In this document: piece by piece, positions 9,361 through 18,087 of the stretch
How the letters are laid out: each line of letters opens with the position of its first letter
How positions within the stretch are numbered: the first letter of the stretch is position 1
Source of the DNA: Candidatus Omnitrophota bacterium
GTDB taxonomy: Bacteria > Omnitrophota > Gorgyraeia > Duberdicusellales > 4484-171
NCBI GenBank assembly: GCA_021735405.1
Contig: JAIPHC010000001.1
Location: forward strand, 1 to 41,573
Direction of reading: 5' to 3'
Length of the DNA: 41,573 bases
Program-made: the position numbers and the translations under genes
The notes under the pieces: generated by a model
Databases searched by the model: none
Told to the model about the DNA's origin: nothing
What the model saw: only the letters and a program-made list of their open reading frames with translations

Positions 9361-10442
9361 TAACGCAATTTCAAGGTAAGTAACGCCAGAAAGGCACAAA
9401 TTATGGTAATAATCCAAAAACGAACGATTATCTTTGGTTCAGGCCAGCCTTTAATTTGGAAATGATGATGAATCGGAGCGGCTTTAAATATTTTTTTCTT
9501 CCGTAACCTTACAGAAAAAATTTGTAAAATTACACTTAATGCTTCGACCACAAACAATCCCCCGCTTAGAAAAAGAATAAACTCCTTTTTGATTATCAAA
9601 GCAACCGCCCCGATAACGCCGCCCAAGGCTAAGGCGCCTATATCACCCATAAAAACCTGAGCCGGATAAGAATTAAACCAGAGAAAAGCTAACCCGGCGC
9701 CCACCAGGCTAATAGTTATAACCATTAGTTCTCCTGCGCCTTTTATATAGGGGATAAAAAGATAATCGGCAAAATTTATATGGCCGGCCAGATAAGCCAA
9801 TAATGAAAATATTAACGCATTAATTATCAAACCGCCTATAGCTAACCCGTCTAAACCATCGGTAAAATTAACCGCGTTAGAAGTAGCTGCTATTAGAAGC
9901 GCTGCCCAAAATATATAAAAATATCCTATATTTAAAACAAAATTTTTAAAAAAAGGCAGGCTCCAGGCAGGCTCTATGTCTTTATGCAAAAATATAAAAA
10001 CACCTAAGATTAGCCCAACTATACTTTGCCAAAACAATTTTTGAACCCGTTTTAGCCCTTTACCCTTCTTGATTTTTAAAAGGTCATCAACTAAACCTAA
10101 AACAGCTAAAGCCACCATAGTAAATAATACCGCCCAGACTAAAAGATTATCTAACCGCGCCCAAAGCAAACTAGAAAGAAATATCGCAAAAATAATAAGA
10201 GCGCCTCCCATAGTAGGAGTACCTTTTTTATCTTTATGCAGAGCTTCAAGGCGAAGGTGGCCGTACATATCTATATTTTCTCTAATTTGTAATTTATGCA
10301 ACTTCTTTATAAGAGGGCGCCAGAAACAAAAAACCAAGAAAAAAGAGGTAAAAAAAGCGCATCCGGCGCGGAAAGTGATATACTTTGTAACATTAAAAAT
10401 GAAAAAATGTTTAGATAATGGGTATAATAGATGGTAAAGCAT
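9360..10442 (-). CDS. mraY: Phospho-N-acetylmuramoyl-pentapeptide transferase
   Basis: Motifs KKGTPTMGG, NAVNFTDGLDGLA and APIHHHF; 10-TM-like profile. Confidence 0.94.
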   Translation of the reverse strand: MLYHLLYPLSKHFFIFNVTKYITFRAGCAFFTSFFLVFCFWRPLIKKLHKLQIRENIDMYGHLRLEALHKDKKGTPTMGGALIIFAIFLSSLLWARLDNLLVWAVLFTMVALAVLGLVDDLLKIKKGKGLKRVQKLFWQSIVGLILGVFIFLHKDIEPAWSLPFFKNFVLNIGYFYIFWAALLIAATSNAVNFTDGLDGLAIGGLIINALIFSLLAYLAGHINFADYLFIPYIKGAGELMVITISLVGAGLAFLWFNSYPAQVFMGDIGALALGGVIGAVALIIKKEFILFLSGGLFVVEALSVILQIFSVRLRKKKIFKAAPIHHHFQIKGWPEPKIIVRFWIITIICAFLALLTLKLR

Positions 10443-10450
10443 AATCTTTT

Positions 10451-10581
10451 TAAATCCGAAATTTGAATATCGAAACTCGAAATTTTAATGTTTAAATTCT
10501 CAAAGCATTTTCTATTTCTACCATTCGGATTTTGGTGATTTGAAAATTGTTTCGGATTTCGAATTTCGTGCTTCGAATTTA
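10451..10581. repeat. Imperfect inverted repeat with arms of degenerate TTCGAA/CGAAAT units, filling the murF-mraY spacer
   Basis: Left arm 10451-10488 is taaatccgaaatttgaatatcgaaactcgaaattttaa. The reverse complement of right arm 10541-10581 is taaattcgaagcacgaaattcgaaatccgaaacaattttca. About two thirds of positions match by hand alignment. Confidence 0.7.
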
Positions 10582-10616
10582 CTATTTTATTATATTGTAC
10601 CAAAAACTGATAATTA

Positions 10617-11960
10617 TTATAGATATTTAACTACTTCCTCCAGCTGCATTTTCCGTGAACCTTTCAAGAAAATCAAACATTTTCTATTCTTCAGCTTTCT
10701 CCGCAAAAAAAGCGCAATTTTTTTATGAGAAGAAAAATGGAATGCATTTCGATAGTTTATTTTTTTCAATTGCTCATTTATTATTTTAGCATAAATACCG
10801 TAGGTAAGACAATATTGACAATTAGTTTTAATAATTTGAGAAGCTAAATTACGGTGATAATAAGCTGACTTTGCCCCCAGCTCAAGCATATCTGCTGCAA
10901 TAACCACCTTCGGCAGCTTAAAATGCCGCAATACCTCCAAAGCCTGCCGAAAAGAATAGGGATTAGCGTTATAGGCATCATTTAAAATATAATAATTACC
11001 TCTTATTTTTTTCTCCATCCGCATCGGAGGAAATTTTTTAAAAGAATTCATTCGTAAAATAATATCTCGATAAGAAAAACCTAAAAGATGAGCGGCTAAT
11101 ACGGCCGCTAAATAATTGTCAACAAAACCTTCAAAACGAAGCGGTATAACTAACTCGTATTTATCTAATATTTTAAAATAAACCTTATTGTCTTGCCGTT
11201 TGCGAAATCGATAATAAAGATTGTTTTTTTTGTTCTTACCAAACCAAAATGTTTTATTTTTCAATTTAACCTTAGAAAGAGAAGAATCTCTGCCGTTTAA
11301 AACAGCTTTGGTTTTCCGGTTTTGCCTGAAAAGAGAAAGCTTTTCTTCTTTTATTTTTCCCATATTGCCTAAGCCTTCTAAATGGGTAGGTTTTATAGAT
11401 GTAACAATGCCCAAATCAGGTTGGATCAATCCCGCTAAACTTTTAATCTCGCCCTTGCGGTTTGTGCCGAGTTCACAAATAACCAAATCATGGCCATGAT
11501 ATGAAAAAAAAGTTTTTGCGACTCCTAAAATATTATTTTCAGTAGCTTTACTTTTGAGAACTTTTTTATATGGCTTAAGAATAAAACTAAGCATTTCTTT
11601 GGTGGTCGTTTTCCCCAAAGAACCGGTTATACCCACCACCGTTGCTTTTTTATATTTTTTACGCAAAAATACAATTATATCTCTTAAAGCCTGATAACTG
11701 TCTTCAACGATAAACTGAGGAATCTTTGGGTTAGTTTTAATATATCTGGTAGATATTATCATAGCCGCGCCTTTCTTGGCGGCGCTATCGATAAAATCAT
11801 GACCGTCTTTATGCTTTCCGGCTAAAGCAATATAAGCGTCTCCTTTCTTGAGAGTACGGGAATCCAGAGAAAATCCTTTAATTTTTTTAAAATAATAAAG
11901 ATTATAAATCTTATAAGGCTTTATGACTTTCTCGATTATTTTAAAATTAGATATATTCAT
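10617..11960 (-). CDS. murF: UDP-N-acetylmuramoyl-tripeptide--D-alanyl-D-alanine ligase
   Basis: Motifs ITGSLGKTTTKE and NDAYNANP; dcw position. Confidence 0.92.
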   Translation of the reverse strand: MNISNFKIIEKVIKPYKIYNLYYFKKIKGFSLDSRTLKKGDAYIALAGKHKDGHDFIDSAAKKGAAMIISTRYIKTNPKIPQFIVEDSYQALRDIIVFLRKKYKKATVVGITGSLGKTTTKEMLSFILKPYKKVLKSKATENNILGVAKTFFSYHGHDLVICELGTNRKGEIKSLAGLIQPDLGIVTSIKPTHLEGLGNMGKIKEEKLSLFRQNRKTKAVLNGRDSSLSKVKLKNKTFWFGKNKKNNLYYRFRKRQDNKVYFKILDKYELVIPLRFEGFVDNYLAAVLAAHLLGFSYRDIILRMNSFKKFPPMRMEKKIRGNYYILNDAYNANPYSFRQALEVLRHFKLPKVVIAADMLELGAKSAYYHRNLASQIIKTNCQYCLTYGIYAKIINEQLKKINYRNAFHFSSHKKIALFLRRKLKNRKCLIFLKGSRKMQLEEVVKYL

Positions 11961-11961
11961 G

Positions 11962-13416
11962 CTAACTGGTTCTATTTTTTAAAATTTGCTTCACTACTGC
12001 TGAATCTTTGAAGGCAATTTTCTTATTTTTAAATATCTGGTAACCTTCATGCCCTTTGCCGGCAATCAAAAGACAGGCCTTTACACCGGCTTCTTTTTTT
12101 CTTTTATAGATACAAATCCCTTTTTCTATGGCTTCATGCCTATCGATTATAATTTTAAACCGGTTGTTTAAAAAACCTCTTTTGACCTGCCGGCAGATAG
12201 CTAAAGGGCCTTCTCCTCTTGGGTTATCTGAGGTAATAATAGTAAAATCGGCTAACCGGGAGGAAATCCTTCCCATAATTTTTCTTTTCCCTTTATCCCG
12301 CTGGCCGCCGCAGCCAAAAATAGAAATTACCTCTTTATACCCTAACGTTTTTAGCAAAGAAAGTATATTTTTAAGCCCTTGCGGAGTATGGGCATAATCT
12401 ATAAATATGTCTTGAGCGGCTTCCTGGAAACGTCCTTCGGCGCTTCTTAAAGATGGGGCCAACTTAACCAACCGCGAAAGAGGAAAATCTAAAGAATGCG
12501 CGCCAGCCAAAGCGGCTAAAACATTTAAGACATTATGGAAACCGGCTAATCTCATAGACAAAGAGAAAACCTTACCTTGCCATACCAAATCAAACTTTGT
12601 GCTGCTGTTAGAGATTACAACATTTTTTGCCTGATAATCCGACCTGTTTTTTATTCCGTAGGATATTTTTTTATCCAAGCTGGATAACAACTTTTTACCA
12701 TAAGGGCAATCATTATTGATAATCGAACAGCTTTTATTGTTTTGGAGAAAAAAACTTTTTTTTGTTTTAAAATAAGAGGCCATAGTTTTATGATAATCAA
12801 GATGGTCCCGGCTTAAATTAGTAAAAATAGTCCTGGAAAATCTTAACCCTTTTACCCTTTTTTGAGCAATCCCGTGGGAAGAAACTTCCATCACCAGATA
12901 ATTAATGCCTTTTTGGCTGATTTTTTTAATCATTTTATGAAGGGTAAGGAAATCAACGGTTGTATGAGCCACTTTATACCGGGATGAATTAAAAAAATAA
13001 CCGATTGTCCCAAAAAATGCAGCCTTTTGGCCTAATTTTTTAAGAAGTTGATAGAAAAAATAAGCGGTAGAAGTTTTACCGTTGGTGCCGGTAATCCCGA
13101 TTATCTTGAGTTTAGAATCCGGTTTATAAAATTTTTTAACTGCCCGGTAAAAGTGGTTTTTTATCCCGCTTCGATAGACAATCGGTTTCTTAAGATTCAA
13201 TTTATCAATATAGTATTTACTTTTTATATCAGCCGCATAAGCGGCTACATTTGTTTCTACCTTTTTTAAAACAGAAAATATATCAAAATTGGGCCTCTCA
13301 ATTATAAAAAACAGGCTGCCCTTGCTAACAGCCCTGGAATCATCGGCAATATCGGATACCTCTAATTCCCTAACCGCAGGATCTTTAACTAAACCAAAAA
13401 TATTTTTTATTTGCAT
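11962..13416 (-). CDS. murE: UDP-N-acetylmuramoyl-L-alanyl-D-glutamate--2,6-diaminopimelate ligase
   Basis: Motifs GITGTNGKTSTA, DYAHTP and SDNPRGE (DNPR is typical of meso-DAP-adding enzymes). I prefer ATG 13416 (MQIKNIF...), 1 nt after the ftsI stop. The track ORF starts at TTG 13455. Confidence 0.9.
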   Translation of the reverse strand: MQIKNIFGLVKDPAVRELEVSDIADDSRAVSKGSLFFIIERPNFDIFSVLKKVETNVAAYAADIKSKYYIDKLNLKKPIVYRSGIKNHFYRAVKKFYKPDSKLKIIGITGTNGKTSTAYFFYQLLKKLGQKAAFFGTIGYFFNSSRYKVAHTTVDFLTLHKMIKKISQKGINYLVMEVSSHGIAQKRVKGLRFSRTIFTNLSRDHLDYHKTMASYFKTKKSFFLQNNKSCSIINNDCPYGKKLLSSLDKKISYGIKNRSDYQAKNVVISNSSTKFDLVWQGKVFSLSMRLAGFHNVLNVLAALAGAHSLDFPLSRLVKLAPSLRSAEGRFQEAAQDIFIDYAHTPQGLKNILSLLKTLGYKEVISIFGCGGQRDKGKRKIMGRISSRLADFTIITSDNPRGEGPLAICRQVKRGFLNNRFKIIIDRHEAIEKGICIYKRKKEAGVKACLLIAGKGHEGYQIFKNKKIAFKDSAVVKQILKNRTS

Positions 13417-13417
13417 A

Positions 13418-15067
13418 TTATTCAAAAACCCGATAATTAATAATTTTTTCAGCAATTTGCCTAAATAAAGGAGCAGCTACCACTCCGCCAAAATGCGATT
13501 TTTTCGGTTCATCAATAGTTACCCCTATTACAATCGGTTTCTTTGCGCTGCTAATAAAACCGACAAAATTAGCCCTATATCTGTTAGGAGAATACCTGCC
13601 TGCTTTATTGTCGAATTTTTGAGCTGTTCCGGTTTTTCCCCCAATCATTTCGCCATTAATCTTTGCCCTTTTCCCGGTTCCCTGGTTAACTACTTCAATT
13701 AAGATTTTTTTAGCTTTATCAGCCGTTGCTCGGGAAAGAATATTTTTTTTAGAAAAATCTAATTTTCTACAAATTCCCTTCGAACATAATTCTTTACCCA
13801 AGTGAGGGGTTACCAAGTCGCCTCCATTGGCAATAACGGCAAAAGCTCTGGCTAACTGCAATAGATTCACCCCGATTCCCTGGCCGATAGGAATTATATA
13901 CCTTGACGTCTTTGACCATTTCTCAGGGCCTAAAAGCCTTCCCGGAGTCTCACCGGGAAAGTCTATGCCGGTTTTTTGGCCAAAGCCCATTTTTTTTATA
14001 TATCGATATATTTTTTTATAACCGATTGCTGTAGCTATCTTAGCTACCCCGATATTACTCGACTTATAAAAAACCTCTTTAAAAGAAAGCTTTCCGTAAG
14101 GACGCCAATCATTAAGCACGGTTCCCGGAATCTTAAAATTCCCTTCTTCACAATCTATCTTATCAAAGTTTTTATTTTCTCCAATAGCCGCAACTAGTGT
14201 TATAGCTTTAAAAACCGAACCGGGTTCAAACATATCTACAACCGCGCCGTTTTTCTGCCAAAAAAAGTTTTCATTTTTACTGCCGGGGCTGATAGAGTTT
14301 ACTAAAGCTAATATTTCGCCGGATTCGGCATCCATTACAACTACTGCGCCTTTCTTAGCCCTATATTCTTTAATCGTTTCCTCAAGGTACCTTTTAGCCC
14401 AATACTGAATTCTGGTATCTAAAGTAACAATTAAATCAGCGCCTTTTCCCAGCTCAATTAAAGAAGGTGTTAAGATTAAATTATTCGAAAATGAATCATT
14501 TAATACTTTAGCCTTGCCTTTTTTTCCCCGCAGATACTGATCATAATAAAGCTCGATTCCCTCTAAGCCATTATTATCTATATCTACAATCCCGAGAATA
14601 GAAGAAAATAAAGGCCTTTCGGGATAGAACCTTTGGTTTTCCCTTATAAATCCCACCCCTATCAGGTTCAATTTTTCCAGATCTTTTTTTTCCCGCCAAT
14701 TTATTTTGCGTTTTACCCAGACAAAACGGCGGTTTTTTTTATTCAGTTTAACAATTAATTTTTTTTCTGGTATGTTTAACTTTCCTGAAAGAATCCGAGC
14801 ATATTTTTCCTTATTGTCAATTAAAAAAGGGTCGGCAAAAACCGAATAAAAATAAATACTTTTAGCAAGAATATCTTTATGGCGGTCAATAATTTGGCCT
14901 CTTTTGCCCCGCATCTTAAAAAGGCCATAATGTTGTTTCTTGGCGAGCTGCTTAAAAAAATCCTGGCGATAGGTTTGAAGATAGATAATTTTCCCAAAAA
15001 GAGTTAGAAATAATAAAATAAACGATAAATATATTAGATTAAATCGAGAAAAACTTTTTTTGTTCAC
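13418..15067 (-). CDS. ftsI: Class B penicillin-binding protein / septal transpeptidase FtsI
   Basis: N-terminal TM segment. Motifs SVFK (SxxK), SSN (SxN) and KTGT; dcw position. Confidence 0.9.
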   Translation of the reverse strand: MNKKSFSRFNLIYLSFILLFLTLFGKIIYLQTYRQDFFKQLAKKQHYGLFKMRGKRGQIIDRHKDILAKSIYFYSVFADPFLIDNKEKYARILSGKLNIPEKKLIVKLNKKNRRFVWVKRKINWREKKDLEKLNLIGVGFIRENQRFYPERPLFSSILGIVDIDNNGLEGIELYYDQYLRGKKGKAKVLNDSFSNNLILTPSLIELGKGADLIVTLDTRIQYWAKRYLEETIKEYRAKKGAVVVMDAESGEILALVNSISPGSKNENFFWQKNGAVVDMFEPGSVFKAITLVAAIGENKNFDKIDCEEGNFKIPGTVLNDWRPYGKLSFKEVFYKSSNIGVAKIATAIGYKKIYRYIKKMGFGQKTGIDFPGETPGRLLGPEKWSKTSRYIIPIGQGIGVNLLQLARAFAVIANGGDLVTPHLGKELCSKGICRKLDFSKKNILSRATADKAKKILIEVVNQGTGKRAKINGEMIGGKTGTAQKFDNKAGRYSPNRYRANFVGFISSAKKPIVIGVTIDEPKKSHFGGVVAAPLFRQIAEKIINYRVFE

Positions 15068-15099
15068 TTGCCTTTAGACTCGTTAAAGAAACGGGTTAT

Positions 15100-15456
15100 T
15101 TATCGCTCTTTTGCAAAAACATCGGCGATTGAAGCAGAAGGCCTGATGCGCCCTAAGAATGACTTCTTCGAAACGGAATTAGCTTTCATACGCTCCCGAG
15201 GTTTAAACACCAGAAGTTTTTCCTTTCCCGGCGAAGAAAAATCCTGGGCCGAAACCCAATTGCTTACGCAGGATAAGGAAACTTTTTTTAAATAGCCATG
15301 CATCAGATAATCTTTTTTGGCAGCTAATTCTTGATAATCATTGTAGTTCTTTTGTAAGTTGAAAGCGGCCGCATAGATTTGAATTTTTTGGTGAAGATAT
15401 AAAGAAAGAAAAACAAATACCGTAAAAACCAACAATAATGGTGATATTTTTTTCAT
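15100..15456 (-). CDS. ftsL: FtsL-like small bitopic division protein
   Basis: Single N-terminal TM segment (ISPLLLVFTVFVFLSLYL) followed by a polar tail, between rsmH and ftsI. ATG 15456 lies 1 nt after the rsmH stop. The track ORF starts at TTG 15465. Confidence 0.65.
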   Translation of the reverse strand: MKKISPLLLVFTVFVFLSLYLHQKIQIYAAAFNLQKNYNDYQELAAKKDYLMHGYLKKVSLSCVSNWVSAQDFSSPGKEKLLVFKPRERMKANSVSKKSFLGRIRPSASIADVFAKER

Positions 15457-15457
15457 T

Positions 15458-16381
15458 TTAGGCAATCTTTTCTGCTATTCTTAATTTTGCGGACCGTGAA
15501 GCCGGATTGATCTTTTTTTCGGCTTGGGACGGCCTTTTTGGTTTTTTAGTGATAATCTTTAATAACTTTTGCGCAGCAAAATCCTTAAATGTATGTTTAA
15601 CAATCCTGTCTTCTAAGGAATGAAACGAAATAACGGCAATTCTGCCCCCTTTTTTTAACAAATTAACCGCTTTGGGGAGAGCGATTTTAAGCGATTCTAA
15701 TTCTCGGTTGACAGCAATTCGCAAGGCCTGAAAAATACGGGTTGCCGGATGAATTCTGCCAAAACGTGCTTTAGGAGGCACGCTTTGTTCAATAATTTTT
15801 GCTAATTGAGTAGTTGTAGAAATCGGGCTGTTTTTTCGTTGGGTTATTACTGCATGAGCTATTCGCCTTGAATAACGCTCTTCTCCAAATTTTTTAAATA
15901 TATTAAACAATTCTTGTTCGCTCAAATTATTTATTAAATCAAAAGCAGTAAGAAGGTTATCGTTATTTATCCTCATATCCAAAGCTGCTTCAGCCAAAAA
16001 ACTAAAACCTCTTTGGGGATTAGTTAACTGATAGGTAGATATCCCCAAATCAAAAAAGAAAATATCAGCTTTTTTGATATCAAATTCACCGCAGACAGCA
16101 TCTAAATTGATAAAATCTTCCTGGAGCAAAACAAACCTGCCTTCAAACGGTTTAAGTTTCCAATAAGTTTCTTTTAAAGACTGGCTGTCTTTGTCGATGC
16201 CGACATAGAAAATATTTTTTCCGCCTGCCTCGATCATTTTGTACGCGTGTGAACCCAGCCCCGCTGTGCAATCCAGAACAACTTTGCGGCCGGAAAGCTG
16301 TAAACCATCAAGAACCTCCCTCCACATAACTGGATAATGATAAATTTTTGTCATCTTATCTAAAGGTTTGGCAATAAACAT
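15458..16381 (-). CDS. rsmH: 16S rRNA (cytosine1402-N4)-methyltransferase
   Basis: Motifs HYPVM, DCTAGLGSHA and ISFHSLEDR. Confidence 0.93.
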   Translation of the reverse strand: MFIAKPLDKMTKIYHYPVMWREVLDGLQLSGRKVVLDCTAGLGSHAYKMIEAGGKNIFYVGIDKDSQSLKETYWKLKPFEGRFVLLQEDFINLDAVCGEFDIKKADIFFFDLGISTYQLTNPQRGFSFLAEAALDMRINNDNLLTAFDLINNLSEQELFNIFKKFGEERYSRRIAHAVITQRKNSPISTTTQLAKIIEQSVPPKARFGRIHPATRIFQALRIAVNRELESLKIALPKAVNLLKKGGRIAVISFHSLEDRIVKHTFKDFAAQKLLKIITKKPKRPSQAEKKINPASRSAKLRIAEKIA

Positions 16382-16384
16382 AAA

Positions 16385-16567
16385 TTACAGCCATCCGATT
16401 TTTTTTCTAATTTGCTTGCTGCTTAATGAGGTCAAATCTAATTCTTTCGTCCTGCCGTCACAAATGGAAAATCCTGAAAGATGCACTATTGAAGAACCTA
16501 CAAGCACTTTTTGATTTCCTTGGTTTTTTGAATGCTTACTTCTTTTTTTACTATCACTTCTACTCAT
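16385..16567 (-). CDS. Small basic hypothetical protein (60 aa from the SD-preceded ATG; 70 aa from the first ATG at 16597)
   Basis: An ORF fills the whole mraZ-rsmH gap. AAGGAGG (complement of 16572-16578) lies 4 nt upstream of ATG 16567. I recognise no family motif. Confidence 0.5.
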   Translation of the reverse strand: MSRSDSKKRSKHSKNQGNQKVLVGSSIVHLSGFSICDGRTKELDLTSLSSKQIRKKIGWL

Positions 16568-16596
16568 ATAACCTCCTTTTTTAGGCGAGTAGCTCA

Positions 16597-17034
16597 TTAT
16601 ATCTGGAAAAGGTCTTCAGCCATCTTTTCAAAATTATTTTTATTTTTTAGATAAAATTGATCCCATCTTTCTTTATCCCAGATTTCAATTCTATTGCCCA
16701 CTCCGGTAATAATTATTTCTTTTTTAATACTTGCGAATTTTTTTAAATTTTGAGGAAGCATGATTCTGCCCTGAGGAGCTATTTCTATTTCGGAAGCCCC
16801 GCTAAAAAAAATACGATTGAAAAAACGCGGTTTTTGATTTGTGAAAGAAAGGGATTGCAGTTTTTCTTCCAATTTTTTCCATACCTCTTTCGAATAAAGA
16901 AAAAGGCAACCGTCAAGCCCCCGGGTAATATAAAAATAAAAATTTTCTTCTTCTTTTATTTTTTCTCTAAATTTAGCAGGAAGGATGAATCTATCTTTCT
17001 TATCTAAGGTATGTAAATATTGGCCGTACCACAT
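16597..17034 (-). CDS. mraZ: Transcriptional regulator MraZ
   Basis: Two MraZ half-domains are present: DKKDRFILPAKFR and PQGRIMLPQNL. It is the first gene of the dcw cluster. SD GAGGT lies upstream. Confidence 0.93.
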   Translation of the reverse strand: MWYGQYLHTLDKKDRFILPAKFREKIKEEENFYFYITRGLDGCLFLYSKEVWKKLEEKLQSLSFTNQKPRFFNRIFFSGASEIEIAPQGRIMLPQNLKKFASIKKEIIITGVGNRIEIWDKERWDQFYLKNKNNFEKMAEDLFQI

Positions 17035-17070
17035 TTGATTACCTCAACAACATATTATTGCGGCAAGTTT

Positions 17071-17100
17071 TATTCCACTTTGTTCCACTTCATGCCACAA
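17071..17100 (-). promoter_or_regulatory. Putative MraZ operator: three GTGG direct repeats at exact 10-bp spacing
   Basis: The minus strand reads ttGTGGcatgaaGTGGaacaaaGTGGaata. On the plus strand CCAC sits at 17075-17078, 17085-17088 and 17095-17098. The repeats lie between the predicted -10 and the mraZ SD. Confidence 0.65.
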
Positions 17101-17104
17101 AGGT

Positions 17105-17133
17105 AATATATCTCCAATAAACGCGGCTGTCAA
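17105..17133 (-). promoter_or_regulatory. Sigma70-type promoter of the dcw operon
   Basis: The minus strand has TTGACA (17133-17128), a 17-nt spacer, then TATATT (17110-17105), about 70 nt upstream of the mraZ ATG. Confidence 0.6.
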
Positions 17134-17178
17134 GGTATAAAGAGAAATAAATTCTTTTAACACAAGGGGTTGTGTAAA

Positions 17179-18087
17179 CTAAACGGCGGGAATACTATAT
17201 TTTGAGGTGATAGTTTCAATATCTTTTTTAATATATTTAGCCAATTTGTCTTTTGATTGAAATTCTATTTCGTCTCTTATTCTTTTTAAAAAAACTACTT
17301 CGACAATATCATCTAAAATATTTCCGGAAAAATTTATTAAATGCACTTCGAAATCTTTGTTATTTATGTTCACGGCTGAAAGAAAGTCTTTTTTACCCAC
17401 CTTGCTATAAGCAGCATAAACACCCTGAGGCGGCAAGATATAATCGAATGTATCCAGGTTGGCTGTGGGAAAACCGAGCTCTTTTCCGACCCCCTTGCCT
17501 CTTTTAACCTTTCCTTTTAAAGTATAATCTCTGCCGAGAAATTTTTTTATTTTCTTAACTTCAGCCATCCTTATTAATTCTTTTACCAAAGAACTGCTGA
17601 CGATGCGGCCTTCAAATATTTTTTTTTCTACGGCTTCAAGATCAAATCCATAATTACCAGAAATTTGCCTTAGTTGTTTCACTCCGGCCTTAGCTTTAAT
17701 ACCGAAGCGAAAATCGTCGCCTACAATCAATTTATCTATCTTAAAGTATTTACTTATATATGACAAAAAATCATCGGGAGAGAATTGGAGCAGCTCCGTC
17801 TCTGTCTCTAAAAGCCAGAGGTAATTTATACCCAAAGATTCAATCAAAGAAGCTTTTTGTTTATAATCGGTAATATAGCCGTCAAAATCTTTTTCCGGAT
17901 ATAAAATCTTTTCGGGAGGGGTATCAAAACTAATCACCAAGGAAGGCTTGCCTTTTTTTTCTGCTTCGTTCTTGATTTTTTTTAAAATATATTGATGCCC
18001 CCGGTGGACTCCATCAAATACGCCAATAGTTGCAACACAATTCTTTAATCTGTTAGAAGGTGACTTTTTGTAAATGAGTTTCATCAA
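17179..18087 (-). CDS. ribF: Bifunctional riboflavin kinase / FMN adenylyltransferase
   Basis: Motifs IGVFDGVHRGHQ and LGFPTANL. Confidence 0.92.
   Translation of the reverse strand: MMKLIYKKSPSNRLKNCVATIGVFDGVHRGHQYILKKIKNEAEKKGKPSLVISFDTPPEKILYPEKDFDGYITDYKQKASLIESLGINYLWLLETETELLQFSPDDFLSYISKYFKIDKLIVGDDFRFGIKAKAGVKQLRQISGNYGFDLEAVEKKIFEGRIVSSSLVKELIRMAEVKKIKKFLGRDYTLKGKVKRGKGVGKELGFPTANLDTFDYILPPQGVYAAYSKVGKKDFLSAVNINNKDFEVHLINFSGNILDDIVEVVFLKRIRDEIEFQSKDKLAKYIKKDIETITSKYSIPAV

Noticed and set aside
10540-10585. A tRNA-like signal (TTCGAA strings reminiscent of a T-loop GTTCGAATC).
   Set aside because: There is no acceptor, D or anticodon arm arrangement around it, and the strings are part of a periodic repeat. 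I found no tRNA-sized cloverleaf in any spacer.
10307-10603. A 98-aa minus-strand ORF spanning the murF-mraY spacer.
   Set aside because: It runs through the TTCGAA-rich inverted repeat and continues out of frame into the mraY N-terminus, which matches the family from its own ATG at 10442. No SD is present, and the sequence is low-complexity.
17160-17175. Hairpin acacaa-gggg-ttgtgt just after the ribF stop, as an intrinsic terminator.
   Set aside because: The stem is only 6 bp and AT-rich, and the downstream sequence on the transcribed strand (taaaagaatttattt) is not a clean U-tract. It is too weak to call, although some termination before the dcw promoter would make sense.
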